DNA of 64,000 nucleotides from Alphaproteobacteria bacterium. GTDB taxonomy: Bacteria; Pseudomonadota; Alphaproteobacteria; MPNO01. This document shows positions 1 to 13,935 of the stretch, one piece after another; position 1 is the first letter of the stretch; the number at the start of each line of letters is the position of its first letter. The notes beneath the pieces were generated by a model. The model ran no database searches. It was not told where the DNA came from and saw only the letters and a list, made by a program, of their open reading frames with translations. The stretch covers positions 3,072,001-3,136,000 of the forward strand of contig OZ219866.1 of the NCBI GenBank assembly GCA_964291675.2, in the 5' to 3' direction. The position numbers were made by a program, and so were the translations under genes.

Positions 1-333
1 ATCGGCGAGCTGGCGGGCGCGGTCGACCTCGTGCTCTCCGATATGGCGATCGCCGCCACCGGCCACCGCGGCACCGACCAGATCCGCAACCAGCGCCTCG
101 CCGAGCTCGCCTGCGAGCTCGCGCTCGGCGTGCTCCGCCCGGGCGGCGGGTTCGTGGTCAAGGCGTTCCACGGCGGCGGCGCGGCGGCGTTCACGGCGGC
201 GCTCAAGCGCGCCTTCGCCGGGGTGCGGAGCTTCAAGCCCGCCGCCTCGCGCGCCGAATCCGCCGAGCTCTACTTCGTCGCCCGCGGATTCCGGGGCTCA
301 GGGCAGCGCCGATCTCGCCGGCCCCTTCGTTGA
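1..333 (+). CDS. rlmE: 23S rRNA U2552 2'-O-methyltransferase RlmE/FtsJ, 3' part (truncated by window edge)
   Basis: DLVLSDMA..TGH..D, LRPGG.FVVKAF and KPAASRAESAELY motifs. Confidence 0.92.
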   Translation: MGELAGAVDLVLSDMAIAATGHRGTDQIRNQRLAELACELALGVLRPGGGFVVKAFHGGGAAAFTAALKRAFAGVRSFKPAASRAESAELYFVARGFRGSGQRRSRRPLR

Positions 334-392
334 CATCTCCGGGGGGCGCACCCATTGTCCCCGTCGATGCCACCGAAGCCGCCGGCCCGACG

Positions 393-2985
<2,593 letters not shown>

Positions 2986-2992
2986 GCCGGCG

Positions 2993-3532
2993 GTGACCGC
3001 GACCCTCCGACCGGCCCGGCCCGACGATGCCCCGGCGATCGCCAGGATCTACGTCGCCGGCTGGCAGGACGCCTATCCCGGGCTGCTGCCCGACCGGCTG
3101 CTGGTCGGCATGCGCCGCGGCGAAGGGCGGGCGGAGCGCTGGGCGCGGACCATCCGCTACCCGGGGCGGGGCGAGCGGGTGATGGTCGCCGAGGCCGCGG
3201 ACGGGGCGGTGATCGGTTTCGCCGGCGGCGGTCCGGCGCGGCCGCGCGGCTTCGCCTATGACAGCGAGGTCTACACGCTCTATATCGACGGCGACCACCA
3301 GCAGGGCGGCGTCGGCCGGCGCCTGTTCTGCGCGCTCGCGGTCGAGCTCGCTTCGGCGCTCGGCCCCTCGCTGATCGTCTGGGTGCTGGCCGGCAACCCG
3401 GCGCGCTATTTCTACGAGGCGCTGGGCGGGCGCCATGTCGGGCGGCGCGCGGGCTCGCTCGGCGGCGCGGCGATCGAGGAGCTCGCCTATGGCTGGCCCG
3501 ACGCGGCGGTGCTCGCCGCCTCCCAGGGCTAG
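2993..3532 (+). CDS. GNAT family N-acetyltransferase
   Basis: LRPARPDDAPAIARI, HQQGGVGRRL (acetyl-CoA motif), NPARYFYEALG. Confidence 0.85.
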   Translation: MTATLRPARPDDAPAIARIYVAGWQDAYPGLLPDRLLVGMRRGEGRAERWARTIRYPGRGERVMVAEAADGAVIGFAGGGPARPRGFAYDSEVYTLYIDGDHQQGGVGRRLFCALAVELASALGPSLIVWVLAGNPARYFYEALGGRHVGRRAGSLGGAAIEELAYGWPDAAVLAASQG

Positions 3533-3547
3533 GCGCTGCCTCCGCCC

Positions 3548-5105
3548 ATGCAGCGCTCGGACGAGGCCGTCCTGATCCTGGATTTCGGCTCCCAGGTCAC
3601 CCAGCTCATCGCGCGCCGCATCCGCGAGAGCGGCGTCTATTGCGAGATCCATCCCTGGTTCGTCGGCGACGAGGCGATCCGCGGGTTCGCGCCGCGCGCG
3701 GTGGTGCTGTCCGGCGGGCCCGACTCGACGACCCGGGCGGAGGCGCCGCAGGTTCCCGAAGCCGTGTTCGGGCTCGGCGTTCCGGTGCTCGGCATCTGCT
3801 ACGGGCAGCAGGCGATGTGCGCCGCGCTCGGCGGCGCGGTCGACAGCGCCGAGGCGCGCGAGTTCGGCCGCGCCGAGCTCACCGTGACCGAGTCCTGCGG
3901 GTTGTTCGACGGCGTCTGGAAGCCCGGCGACCGGGCGCAGGTCTGGATGAGCCACGGCGACCGGGTGACCAGCCTGCCCGACGGGTTCGCCCCCGCCGCG
4001 GTGAGCGAGGGCGCGCCGTTTGCGGCGATCGCCGACGAGGCGCGCGGCTATTACGGCGTCCAGTTCCACCCCGAGGTCGTCCACACGCCGGACGGGACGG
4101 CGCTGCTGAAAAGCTTCACCCACAACATCGCCGGCTGCGGCGGCGACTGGACCATGGCGTCCTATCGCGACCGCACGGTCGAGCGGGTGCGCGCCCAGGT
4201 GGGCGACGGGCGGGTCGTCTGCGGCCTGTCGGGCGGCGTCGACAGCGCGGTGACCGCGGTTCTGCTGCACGAGGCGGTGGGCGAGCGGTTCTTCTGCGTC
4301 TATGTCGACACCGGGCTGATGCGCGCCGGCGAGACCGAACAGGTGGTCGAGCTGTTCCGCGGCCACTACAACATCCCGCTGCGCGCCGTCGATGCCGGCG
4401 AGCGCTTCCTCCGCGAGCTGGCCGGCGTGACCGACCCGGAGGAGAAGCGCAAGCGCATCGGCGCCGCCTTCGTCGACGTGTTCGCGGCCGAGGCCGAGGC
4501 CGCCGGCGGCGCGGAATTCCTCGCCCAGGGCACGCTCTACCCCGACGTGATCGAGTCGGTCTCGGTGACCGGCGGGCCGAGCGCGGTCATCAAGTCGCAC
4601 CACAATGTCGGCGGCCTGCCCGAGCGCATGGACATGGCGCTGGTCGAGCCGCTGCGCGACCTGTTCAAGGACGAGGTGCGCGCGCTCGGGCGCACGCTCG
4701 GCCTGCCCGAGACCATGATCGGCCGCCACCCTTTCCCGGGGCCCGGGCTCGCCATCCGCATCCCCGGCGAGGTGACGGCAGAGAGCCTGGAGATCCTGCG
4801 CCGCGCCGATGCGATTCTACCTCGAGGAGCTGCGCTCGGCCGGGCTCTATGACGAGATCTGGCAGGCCTTCGCGGTGCTGCTGCCGGTCCGCACGGTCGG
4901 CGTGATGGGCGACGAGCGCAGCTACGACAGGGTGTGCGCGCTGCGCGCCGTGGTCTCGACCGACGGCATGACGGCCGAGAGCTACCCCTTCGACCACGCC
5001 ACGATCGCGCGGATCGGCACCAGGATCGTCAACGAGGTGCGCGGCATCAACCGGGTGGTCTACGACGTCACCTCCAAGCCCCCCGGCACCATCGAGTGGG
5101 AGTGA
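3548..5105 (+). CDS. guaA: GMP synthase (glutamine-hydrolysing), split by a 1-nt frameshift near 4815 (probable sequencing error)
   Basis: [37 protein letters not shown] in one frame; YLEE...[15 protein letters not shown] in the next frame. Confidence 0.95.
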
Positions 5106-5157
5106 AGGGGGCCGCGGCATGCTATAGTCCGGGCTTCCGGATACGGAGGCCCGAAAG

Positions 5158-5967
5158 ATGATCGTGCAGAGCGCACCCCCCGAAGAGCCGCGTTTCGTCA
5201 TCACGATGGCCCAGCACACGAGCTTCGCCGGGCGCATCGCGCGCGCCTTCGGCAACGACGGGTTCGAGCCGGTCGAGCCGCGCGATGTCGTTCTCTACAT
5301 CGTCGACCACCACGACGCCGGCTGGGCGGAGCTCGACGCCGAGGGGCGGATCGATCCCGGCACCGGGCTGCCCTACAACCTGGTGCAGACGCCGTTCCCG
5401 GAGATCGTCAAGACATCCGCCGCCTCGCCCGAGTTCAACAGCCGCCGCCACGCCTATTGCGGGCTGTTGTCGAGCATGCACAGCTGGGGCCTCTATAACG
5501 GCCGCTACGGCATGTCCGACCACGTCCTGCTCGACAGCCTCGCCGCCGAGAACCGCTCGACCGCCGAGGGCATGCTCAGCGGCGAGCTGGAACGCCAGGC
5601 CCGCCTCAAGCACGCGCTGGCCGAGAACCCCGACACCGCTGCATGGGTGGACGAGGCGCAGGTGATGCAGAACTACAAGCAGCTCCAGTTCTTCGACACC
5701 ATGGCGCTCTACTTCAATTGCAACGGCGCCGCCGACCGCAAGCCCCAGAGCTTCACCCATGTGCCGAAGTCGCGCGACGAGGACGCGACCATCGCGCTCA
5801 CCCCGCGCGATGCCGCGACCTACGCGCTCGATCCCTACCCCTTCGCCGATGACCGGCTGGAGGTCTCGTTCGCCGGGCGCTACATGGCGCCCGCGCGCGA
5901 TGCGGCGAATGTCGATCTCGGCGCCATCGACGAGGAGTGGCAGACGGTCACGCTGATCGCCGGCTGA
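5158..5967 (+). CDS. DUF3891-like protein
   Basis: MIV...ITMAQH..FAGRIA..GN, HHDAGW, YCGLLSSMH, LQFFD.MALYF, LDPYPF pattern. Confidence 0.7.
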   Translation: MIVQSAPPEEPRFVITMAQHTSFAGRIARAFGNDGFEPVEPRDVVLYIVDHHDAGWAELDAEGRIDPGTGLPYNLVQTPFPEIVKTSAASPEFNSRRHAYCGLLSSMHSWGLYNGRYGMSDHVLLDSLAAENRSTAEGMLSGELERQARLKHALAENPDTAAWVDEAQVMQNYKQLQFFDTMALYFNCNGAADRKPQSFTHVPKSRDEDATIALTPRDAATYALDPYPFADDRLEVSFAGRYMAPARDAANVDLGAIDEEWQTVTLIAG

Positions 5968-5973
5968 GCCGCG

Positions 5974-7074
5974 ATGAGCGGCGATATCGAGGCCCGCAAG
6001 AGGGAGCACATCGATACCGTCCTCGGGGCGGACGTCTCCGCCAAGGGGGTGTCGGCGGGTTTCGAACGGTTCTTCTTCGAGCACGCGGCGCTGCCCGAGC
6101 TCGACCTCGACGCGGTCGATCTCTCGACCCGCCTGTTCGGGCGCGCGCTGAAGGCGCCGCTGCTGATCGGCAGCATGACGGGGGGCACGCCGCGCGCGCG
6201 GGACATCAACCGGAATCTCGCCGCCGCGGCGCAGTCGCTCGGTATCGCGATGGGAATCGGCTCGCAGCGCGCGATGATCGAGCGGCCGGCGCTCGGCGAG
6301 ACCTACCGGGTGCGCGACGTCGCCCCCGACATCCTGCTGTTCGCCAATTTCGGCGCCGTCCAGCTCAACGACGGCTATGGCGCGGACGAGGCGCGGCGCG
6401 CGGTGGACAGCATCGGCGCGGACGCGCTGTTCCTGCATTTCAACCCTTTGCAGGAGGCGGTGCAGCCGGGCGGGGACCGCAACTGGGCCGGTCTCTACCG
6501 CAAGATCGAACGTCTCGCCTCGTCGCTCGACGTTCCGGTCGTCGGCAAGGAGGTGGGTAACGGGATCTCGGGCGAGGTGGCGCTGCGGCTGGTCGAATGC
6601 GGCCTCGCCGGGGTGGATGTCTCGGGGGCCGGCGGGACAAGCTGGAGCGAGGTCGAGGCGCATCGCCAGCCCGACCCGGAGGTCCGCGCCGTGGCGCATG
6701 TCTTCGCCGGCTGGGGCATTCCGACCGCCGCCGCTCTCATCGACACCGTGCGGGCGATTCCCGACCGGCCGGTCTTCGCGAGCGGCGGCATCCGCGACGG
6801 GGTCGACGCGGCCAAGGCGATCCGGCTGGGCGCCTCGCTGGCGGGCACCGCAGCGCCGATGCTGGAGCCCGGCGCGGATGCGGCGGCGGCGGCGGCGAGA
6901 CGCATGGCGCGGATGCTCGAAGAGCTGAGGATAGCCGCCTTCTGCGCCGGCGCCGGCGACATCGCGGCGCTGCGCCGGGCGGTCCTGCGGCGGGTGGCGG
7001 ATTGGCAACCCGTGCCCCCCATCCGCGACGCTCGCCCGGAAACCGCCTTACCCCGCCGCGCGCTCCGCCGATGA
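5974..7074 (+). CDS. fni: Type 2 isopentenyl-diphosphate delta-isomerase (FMN-dependent)
   Basis: [42 protein letters not shown]. Confidence 0.95.
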   Translation: MSGDIEARKREHIDTVLGADVSAKGVSAGFERFFFEHAALPELDLDAVDLSTRLFGRALKAPLLIGSMTGGTPRARDINRNLAAAAQSLGIAMGIGSQRAMIERPALGETYRVRDVAPDILLFANFGAVQLNDGYGADEARRAVDSIGADALFLHFNPLQEAVQPGGDRNWAGLYRKIERLASSLDVPVVGKEVGNGISGEVALRLVECGLAGVDVSGAGGTSWSEVEAHRQPDPEVRAVAHVFAGWGIPTAAALIDTVRAIPDRPVFASGGIRDGVDAAKAIRLGASLAGTAAPMLEPGADAAAAAARRMARMLEELRIAAFCAGAGDIAALRRAVLRRVADWQPVPPIRDARPETALPRRALRR

Positions 7075-7780
7075 GCGCCCGCCCCGCCCCGCCGCCGCTG
7101 CGCGCGCCCGGCGAGCCTCTCGCGCGGCCGCGCGACGCGGCGACGCTGATCGTCTACCGCGAGAATGCGGGCGCCTCGAAGTGCTGATGGGCGAGCGCCA
7201 CGCCCGCCACCGCTTCATGCCCAACCGCTACGTGTTTCCCGGCGGGCGCATCGATCCGCGCGACTCCAGGGTGCGCTGCGCCTCGCCGCTCGCCCCCGCG
7301 GCGGCGGCGCGGCTCGGACGCAAGCTCGGCCCGGCGCGGGCGCGGGCGATGGCGGTGGCGGCGATCCGCGAGACCTTCGAGGAGACCGGGCTGATCGTCG
7401 GCGGTCCGGACCCGGAACCGGAGCGCCCGCCGCCGCGCGGCTGGGAGGGGTTCTTCGGCACCGGATTCGCGCCGGCGCCGGGTGCGCTGTCCTATATTGC
7501 CCGCGCGGTGACCCCGCCGATCCGCCCGATCCGGTTCAACGCCCGGTTCTTCGTCGTCGCGCATGCCCATGTGACCGGCGAGGCGCGCGAATCGGACGAG
7601 CTTCTCGGCCTCCAATGGTTCACCGTGGAGCAGGCGCTGACCCTCGATCTCGCCCTGATCACGCGGCGCGTGCTGACCCATTTCGGGACTTCGTTCGCGA
7701 CCGCCGCAAGGGGCGAGGGGCACGGCCCGGTGCCCTATTTCAAGTGGACCCCGGGCGGGCACGTGCTGATCGACGAATGA
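7071..7780 (+). CDS. NUDIX hydrolase with a frameshift near 7175
   Basis: ATG 7071 overlaps fni stop; RPRDAATLIV in one frame continues as VLMGERH...YVFPGG...AAIRETFEETG in another. Confidence 0.85.
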
Positions 7781-7810
7781 GCCGGGGACCGGCGCTCCCC
7801 GCGCCGCGGG

Positions 7811-8143
7811 TCAGACCAGCCTGAGCCGGGGCTCGAACAGGTCGAGGACGGCGTTGAGCGAGGTGCCGCGGCGCAGCCGCCGGCAGCCGTCGTAGATCAT
7901 GTATTCCACCTCGCCGCCGTCGCCCGCCGCCATCTTGACGACGGTATAGGCGGGCCGGTCGCAAGCACGGCGGAACACCGAGAACACGGCCATCCCGTCG
8001 CGCGGCGCCATCGCATAGTCCTTCCACTCGCCGGTGGCGACGCGGCGGCTGTACAGCGTGAGGAGACGGCTGAGGTCGTTGCGGTCGAAGAACACGGATC
8101 GGGGCTTTTGCCGGTAGGCGCGAAGGTCGAATACCGTCGCCAT
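7811..8143 (-). CDS. DUF2794 family protein
   Basis: VFFDRNDLSRLL.LYSRRVA.GEWKDYA...AVFSVFRR. Confidence 0.85.
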   Translation of the reverse strand: MATVFDLRAYRQKPRSVFFDRNDLSRLLTLYSRRVATGEWKDYAMAPRDGMAVFSVFRRACDRPAYTVVKMAAGDGGEVEYMIYDGCRRLRRGTSLNAVLDLFEPRLRLV

Positions 8144-8353
8144 TCTCGTGCCGTACGCCCCCGTTCGATGACAGTTTCGTGACACCCGATATATCGCGTA
8201 TTTCGCGCCCGGCGTCCAGAGTACCATTGCGGGTATCCACGGTCCGGCCGGCCGGCATGTTGCGGATTGCCGCGCAAGGTTGTAATCCCATGGCCGGACC
8301 GGAGGCGGGCGCCGCGTGGCGCCATGCCGGTCGGACTTGGCGGAGGGCCGCGC

Positions 8354-9007
8354 GTGGCCGACATTTTTCGCGAGATCGACGAGGAGCTGCGCCAGGAGCG
8401 GGCGGAAAAGCTCTGGCGGCGCTACGGCAAGTACGTCATCGGCGGCGCGGTCGCGGTGGTGCTGGCCATCGCCGCCTATACCGGCTGGCAGGAATACAGG
8501 ACCGACCGGCAGCTCGAAGCGGGCGCGAAGTTCGCGGTCGCCAAGGCGCTCGCCGAGGAGGGAAAGACCGGCGACGCCGAGGCGCTGTTCGTCGCGCTCG
8601 GCGCCGAATCGGGGACCACCTACGGGGTGCTCGCGCGCTTCCACGCGGCCGCGCTGCGGGCTTCCTCGGGCGATCCCGCGGGCGCGGCCGAAGCGTTCCG
8701 CGCGCTCGCCGCCGACGGCGCCCTCGACCGTCCGATGCGCGATCTCGCGACTTTGCTCGCCGCGCAGAACGCGCTCGACGCGCCCGGCGCGGACATGCAG
8801 CGCATCGCCTCCGACCTCGCCCCGCTGACCGGCCAGGACGGGGCCTGGCGCCACCTCGCTTTGGAGACCCTCGCTTTGGCCGAACTCAACACCGGCAACG
8901 GGGATCGGGCGAAGACCCATCTGCAGCGTATCGTCGACGACGCCCAGGCGCCCGCGAATGTGCGGCTGCGGGCGACGCAGATGCTCAGGATGGTCGCCGA
9001 CCGATGA
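8354..9007 (+). CDS. YfgM-like TPR membrane protein (ancillary SecYEG subunit)
   Basis: DIFREIDEELRQERAEKLWRRYG + TM helix; GGAGG RBS; upstream of bamB-der. Confidence 0.85.
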   Translation: MADIFREIDEELRQERAEKLWRRYGKYVIGGAVAVVLAIAAYTGWQEYRTDRQLEAGAKFAVAKALAEEGKTGDAEALFVALGAESGTTYGVLARFHAAALRASSGDPAGAAEAFRALAADGALDRPMRDLATLLAAQNALDAPGADMQRIASDLAPLTGQDGAWRHLALETLALAELNTGNGDRAKTHLQRIVDDAQAPANVRLRATQMLRMVADR

Positions 9008-10350
9008 TCGGCCTCGCCGCGCGACCGGGAAGGATGGCGATTCGCGGCGCGATGCTGGCGGTATCGCTGCTCGCCGCCGGCTGCGAAGGAGCCTTCTTCG
9101 GCGAACCGGAAGAACCGAAGCTTGCCGGCGAGCGGCTGCCGGTTCTCGGCCTCCGGCAGGCGCTCGTCCCCCACCCGGGCATCGCCAGGCTGGAGGTGCG
9201 CCTGCCGCCGCCATCGGCCAACGCGAACTGGCCCCAGGCCGGCGGGCTGCCCAACCACGCGATGCATCACCTGGCCGCGAACGGGACGCTCGACGAGCGC
9301 TGGAGCGTCGACATCGGCCGCGGCTCCGACGACGAGGGACAGCTCCTCGCCCAGCCGGTGGTCGCCGGAGAGCGGATCTACACCCTCGACGTCGACGCCG
9401 AAGTCCGGGCTCACGATCTGGAGGACGGGTCGCTGTCGTGGACCCGCGCGCTGGACCGCGAAACCGAGGATACCGGCACCCTCGGCGGCGGGCTCGCGGT
9501 CGGCGAGGGGAGGCTTTACGTCACCACCGGCTTCGCCCAGGTGTTCGCCCTCGAGGCCGCCACCGGCGAGGAGCTGTGGCGGCGCAAGCTTTCGAGCCCG
9601 CTGCGCGCCGCCCCCACGTCCCGCGACGGAAGGGTGTTCGCGATCACGCTGTCGAACGAGCTGTTCGCGCTCGATGCCGCCACCGGGCGGGTCCTCTGGT
9701 CGCATGCCGAGATCGCCGAGCCCGCCGGGCTGGTCGGCGCGGCCGCCCCCGCCGTCGCCGGAGACATCGTCGTGGCGGCGTTCTCCTCCGGCGAGATCGT
9801 CGCCCTCAGGGCCGCCAACGGACGCGTGCTGTGGTCGGACCGGCTGACGGCGCTGCGCCGCACCGATCCGGTGTCCAGCCTCGCCCACATCCGCGGACTG
9901 CCGGTGATCGATCGCGGCCTGGTCGTCGCGGTCAGCAATAGCGGGCGGACGATGGCGATCGACCTGCGCACCGGCAGCAGGGTGTGGGAGCAGCAGATCG
10001 GCGGCACCCACACGCCCTGGGTCGCCGGCGATTTCGTCTACCTGGTCTCCGGCGACAGCCACGTCGTGTGCCTCTCGCGCCGCGACGGAAGGGTGCGGTG
10101 GGTCCGCACGCTGCCCCAGTTCGAGGACCAGGAAGACCGCACCGGCCCGATCTACTGGGCGGGTCCGGTGCTGGTCGGCGACCGGCTCCTGATCGCCGCC
10201 AGCACGGGCGAAGTCTGGTCGGTCTCGCCCTATACCGGCGAGCCGCTGGGCCGCATCGAGGCGCCCGATTCGATATTCGTGGCGCCAGCGATCGCCCGCG
10301 AGACCGTGTTCCTGCTCACCGAAGGCGCGGATCTGATCGCGCTCAAGTGA
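9004..10350 (+). CDS. bamB: PQQ-like beta-propeller lipoprotein, BamB-like
   Basis: Lipobox LAAGC, repeated ALDA.TG..LW blades, yfgM-bamB-der synteny. Confidence 0.85.
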   Translation: MIGLAARPGRMAIRGAMLAVSLLAAGCEGAFFGEPEEPKLAGERLPVLGLRQALVPHPGIARLEVRLPPPSANANWPQAGGLPNHAMHHLAANGTLDERWSVDIGRGSDDEGQLLAQPVVAGERIYTLDVDAEVRAHDLEDGSLSWTRALDRETEDTGTLGGGLAVGEGRLYVTTGFAQVFALEAATGEELWRRKLSSPLRAAPTSRDGRVFAITLSNELFALDAATGRVLWSHAEIAEPAGLVGAAAPAVAGDIVVAAFSSGEIVALRAANGRVLWSDRLTALRRTDPVSSLAHIRGLPVIDRGLVVAVSNSGRTMAIDLRTGSRVWEQQIGGTHTPWVAGDFVYLVSGDSHVVCLSRRDGRVRWVRTLPQFEDQEDRTGPIYWAGPVLVGDRLLIAASTGEVWSVSPYTGEPLGRIEAPDSIFVAPAIARETVFLLTEGADLIALK

Positions 10351-11687
10351 TGCCCCTCACCGTGGCCATCGTCGGGCGGCCCAATGTCGGCAAGTCGACC
10401 CTGTTCAACCGCCTGGTCGGCCGGCGCCAGGCGCTGGTCCACCCGACCCCCGGGGTGACCCGCGACCGGCGCGAAGGCGAGGCCGCGCTGCTCGGCCTGT
10501 CCTTCAGGGCGATCGACACCGCCGGGCTGGAGGACGAGGCGGGCGAGACGCTGGCCGGGCGCATGCAGGCGCAGACCGGGCTGGCGATCGACGAGGCCGA
10601 CCTGCTGCTCATGCTGGTCGATGCGCGCGCCGGGGTGACGCCGCTCGATGCGCATTTCGCCGACGCGCTCAGGCGCTCGGCCAAGCCGGTGGTGCTCGCC
10701 GCCAACAAGTGCGAGGGCGGCGCCGGCGCGGCCGGGCTGATCGAGGCCTGGCGGCTCGGCCTCGGCGAGCCGGTGCCGATCTCGGCCGAGCACGGGGAGG
10801 GGCTTTCCGCCCTGTTCGACGCGCTGGCGCCGCATGCCGGCGCGCGGCACGGGGACGAGGCGGGCGCTGCGGAAACCGGGGAGGGCGCGCTCAACCTCGC
10901 CATCGTCGGGCGGCCCAATGTCGGCAAGTCCACGCTGGTCAACCGGCTGCTGGGCGAGGAGCGGGTGCTGACCGGTCCCGAGCCCGGGGTGACCCGCGAC
11001 GCCGTCTGGGTGGCGTGGTCCTGGCGCGGCCGCGGGATCCGGCTGATCGACACCGCCGGGCTGCGCCGCAAGGCGCGGGTCACCGAACGGCTGGAGCGGC
11101 TGACCGCGGCCGACACCAGAAACGCGATCCGCTTCGCCCATGTCGCGGTGCTGCTGGTCGACGGGGTCGAGGGCCTGGAGAAGTCCGACCTGACGATCGC
11201 CCGGCAGATCGCCGAAGAGGGCCGCGCGATGGTGCTGGCGGTGAACAAGTGGGACGCGGTCGCCGACCGAGACGCGCGCATCGGCGAGATCCGCGACCGC
11301 CTCGAACGTTCGCTGCCCCAGATCCGCGGCATCCCGGTGCGCACGCTCTCGGCCCTCACCGGGCGCGGCGTCGCGCGGCTGCTGCCGACGGTGTTCGAGA
11401 TCTACGAGATCTGGAACGGCCGGGTCGATACCGGGCCGCTGAACCGCTGGCTCGCCGGGACCGTCGACCGCCACCCGCCGCCGATCGTCGACGGGCGCAG
11501 GCTGAGGCTGCGCTACATGACCCAGATCAAGACCCGTCCGCCGACCTTCGCGCTGTTCGCCTCGCGCCCCGCTTCGGTGCCGGAGTCCTATCTCCGCTAC
11601 CTGACCAACGGGCTCAGGGAGGATTTCGGGCTGACCGGCGTGCCGATCCGCATCGCCCTGCGCAAGGGCAGGAATCCCTATGTCTGA
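10350..11687 (+). CDS. der: Ribosome biogenesis GTPase Der/EngA
   Basis: Two [10 protein letters not shown]-loops, DTAG, NKxD/E motifs, C-terminal KH-like domain. Confidence 0.97.
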   Translation: MPLTVAIVGRPNVGKSTLFNRLVGRRQALVHPTPGVTRDRREGEAALLGLSFRAIDTAGLEDEAGETLAGRMQAQTGLAIDEADLLLMLVDARAGVTPLDAHFADALRRSAKPVVLAANKCEGGAGAAGLIEAWRLGLGEPVPISAEHGEGLSALFDALAPHAGARHGDEAGAAETGEGALNLAIVGRPNVGKSTLVNRLLGEERVLTGPEPGVTRDAVWVAWSWRGRGIRLIDTAGLRRKARVTERLERLTAADTRNAIRFAHVAVLLVDGVEGLEKSDLTIARQIAEEGRAMVLAVNKWDAVADRDARIGEIRDRLERSLPQIRGIPVRTLSALTGRGVARLLPTVFEIYEIWNGRVDTGPLNRWLAGTVDRHPPPIVDGRRLRLRYMTQIKTRPPTFALFASRPASVPESYLRYLTNGLREDFGLTGVPIRIALRKGRNPYV

Positions 11688-12469
11688 CCCGGATTTCCCG
11701 CCGCGGGGTCAGTAGCACCGCACCACCTCGCATGCGCGCGGTGGGGCCGCATGGGTGGCCGGATCAAGTCCGGCCCGTGGCGGCCGCAATCGGCGGCGGC
11801 CAGGTCGACGAAGACGTCGCCCAGCGCGTCGGGCGGCTTGAGGCTCGCCGGGTCTTCGCCCGGAAACGCCTGGGCGCGCATCCCGGTTCGCGTGCCGCCG
11901 GGGTCCACGACATTGACGCGGAGCCGGGTCCTGGCGGTCTCCGCCGCCCAGGCGAGGGCCATCGTCTCCAGCCCCGCCTTGGAGACCGCATAGCTGCCCC
12001 AATAGGGCAGCGCGAGACGGCCCGCGCCGCTGCCGACGAAGATGGCGCGGCCCGCCTCGACCGCGCGCAGCACCGGATCGAGGGCGCGGATCAGGCGGAA
12101 ATTGGCGCCGAGATTGACCGCCAGCACCCGGTCCCACTCGCGCGGGTCGATCTGGTGCATCGGCGCCAGCGTGCCGAGCTGCGCGGCGTTGGCCACCAGG
12201 ATGTCGAGCCGCCCGAAACGCTCGGCGATCGCGGCCGCCAGCCTGTCGGCGGCGCTCGCCTCGGCGAGGTCGACCTCCACCAGCGTGGCCGACCTCGTGC
12301 CGCCCGAGGCGGCCCTGATCGCGTCGTCGACCTCCTCCAGCCCGCCCACGCTGCGCGCCGCCAGCACCGGAAGCGCGCCTTCGCTCGCGAAACGCCGGGC
12401 GATCGCCGCGCCGATGCCGCGCGAGGCGCCGGTGATCAGCGCGACCCGCCCGTCGAGCCTCGCCGCCAC
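11678..12469 (-). CDS. Short-chain dehydrogenase/reductase (YciK-like); true C-terminus may end near 11764
   Basis: [13 protein letters not shown] catalytic motif, PGGTRTGMR; located downstream of purF. Confidence 0.88.
   Translation of the reverse strand: MAARLDGRVALITGASRGIGAAIARRFASEGALPVLAARSVGGLEEVDDAIRAASGGTRSATLVEVDLAEASAADRLAAAIAERFGRLDILVANAAQLGTLAPMHQIDPREWDRVLAVNLGANFRLIRALDPVLRAVEAGRAIFVGSGAGRLALPYWGSYAVSKAGLETMALAWAAETARTRLRVNVVDPGGTRTGMRAQAFPGEDPASLKPPDALGDVFVDLAAADCGRHGPDLIRPPMRPHRAHARWCGATDPAAGNPGQT
11751..11781. repeat. REP-like palindromic element (GGCCGGA-TCAAG-TCCGGCC)
   Basis: ATGGGTGGCCGGATCAAGTCCGGCC resembles (from recall) alphaproteobacterial GTCATGGCCGGACTTGATCCGGCC repeats; 7-bp perfect stem 11757-11775. 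Confidence 0.6.
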
Positions 12470-13930
12470 TCAGCGGGTCTCCGCGAGCAGCGAGAGCTGG
12501 GTGTCGGTGTCGCCTTCGCTGCGGTCGACCAGCGGGATCGGGTAGCGGCCGGAAAAACAGGCGTCGCAGAACCGGGGCGCGCCCGCGTCGCGGCCCTCTT
12601 CGCCGAGCGCCCGGTAGAGCCCGTCGAGCGAGAGATAGGCGAGGCTGTCGACGCCGATCACCCGCATCATCTCCTCCACGCCGTGGCGCGCCGCCAGCAG
12701 CTCGCCGCGTTCCGGCGTGTCGACGCCGTAGAAGCAGGAATGCGTGGTCGGCGGCGAGGCGATGCGCATATGGACCTCGGACGCGCCGGCATTGCGCACC
12801 ATCTCGACGATCTTGGTCGACGTGGTGCCGCGGACGATGCTGTCGTCGACCAGGATCACCCGCTTGCCGCGGATCAGGTTGCGGTTGGCGTTGTGCTTGA
12901 GCTTGACGCCGAGATGGCGGATGCGGTCGGTCGGCTCGATGAAGGTGCGTCCGACATAGTGATTGCGGATGATGCCGATCTCGTAGGGGATGCCGGCCTC
13001 CCGCGCGTAGCCCAGCGCGGCCGGCACGCCGGAATCGGGGATCGGAACCACCACATCGGCCGCGGCCGGCTGCTCGCGCGCGAGCTGTTCGCCGATGCGG
13101 CAGCGCGCCTCGTAGACATTGACCGACTCCACGCTCGAATCGGGGCGCGCGAAGTAGATGTATTCGAAGACGCAGAAGCGCTTCGGCCGGGGCGGGAAGG
13201 GCGCGAGGCTCCGCACCCCTTCGGCGCCGATCAGCACGATCTCGCCCGGCTCCACGTCGCGCACGTATTCGGCGCCGATGATGTCGAGCGCGCAGGTCTC
13301 CGAGGCGAGTATCCAGCCGTCGCCGATACGCCCCAGCACCAGCGGCCTGACCCCCAGCGGATCGCGCACGCCGATCATCGCGGTGTTGGTCATCGCCACC
13401 AGGGAATAGGCGCCGACGACCTGTTCCAGCGCGTCGACCAGCCGTTCCTCCACCGAGTCCTTGGCCGAGGTGGCGATCAGGTGGACGATGACCTCGGTGT
13501 CCGTGGTCGAGTGGAACAGGCATCCGCGCTCGACCAGGGCGCGGCGGATGCGCCTGGCGTTGGTCAGGTTGCCGTTATGGCCGATCGCGAACCCGCCCGA
13601 GGCGAAATCGGCGAAGAGAGGCTGGACGTTGCGCAGCACCGCATCGCCGGTGGTCGAGTACCGGTTGTGACCGATCGCACGGTCCCCGGGCAGGCTGCGG
13701 ATCACCGCCTCGTCGCTGAAATTCTCGCCCACCTCGCCCAGCGCGTGGTGGCTGTGAAAGCGCTCGCCGTCGAACGAGACGATCCCCGCCGCTTCCTGCC
13801 CGCGATGCTGCAGCGCGTGCAGGCCGAGCACGGTCAGCGCCGCGGCATCGGCGTGGTCCCACACGCCGAACACGCCGCATTCCTCGCGCGGCTTGTCGCT
13901 GTCCCGGCCGGGGGCTTCGCTCGTCCGCAT
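12470..13930 (-). CDS. purF: Amidophosphoribosyltransferase
   Basis: EECGVFG, LQHRGQE, HNGN, VDDSIVRGTT, CFYGVDT. Confidence 0.97.
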   Translation of the reverse strand: MRTSEAPGRDSDKPREECGVFGVWDHADAAALTVLGLHALQHRGQEAAGIVSFDGERFHSHHALGEVGENFSDEAVIRSLPGDRAIGHNRYSTTGDAVLRNVQPLFADFASGGFAIGHNGNLTNARRIRRALVERGCLFHSTTDTEVIVHLIATSAKDSVEERLVDALEQVVGAYSLVAMTNTAMIGVRDPLGVRPLVLGRIGDGWILASETCALDIIGAEYVRDVEPGEIVLIGAEGVRSLAPFPPRPKRFCVFEYIYFARPDSSVESVNVYEARCRIGEQLAREQPAAADVVVPIPDSGVPAALGYAREAGIPYEIGIIRNHYVGRTFIEPTDRIRHLGVKLKHNANRNLIRGKRVILVDDSIVRGTTSTKIVEMVRNAGASEVHMRIASPPTTHSCFYGVDTPERGELLAARHGVEEMMRVIGVDSLAYLSLDGLYRALGEEGRDAGAPRFCDACFSGRYPIPLVDRSEGDTDTQLSLLAETR

Positions 13931-13935
13931 TTCGC

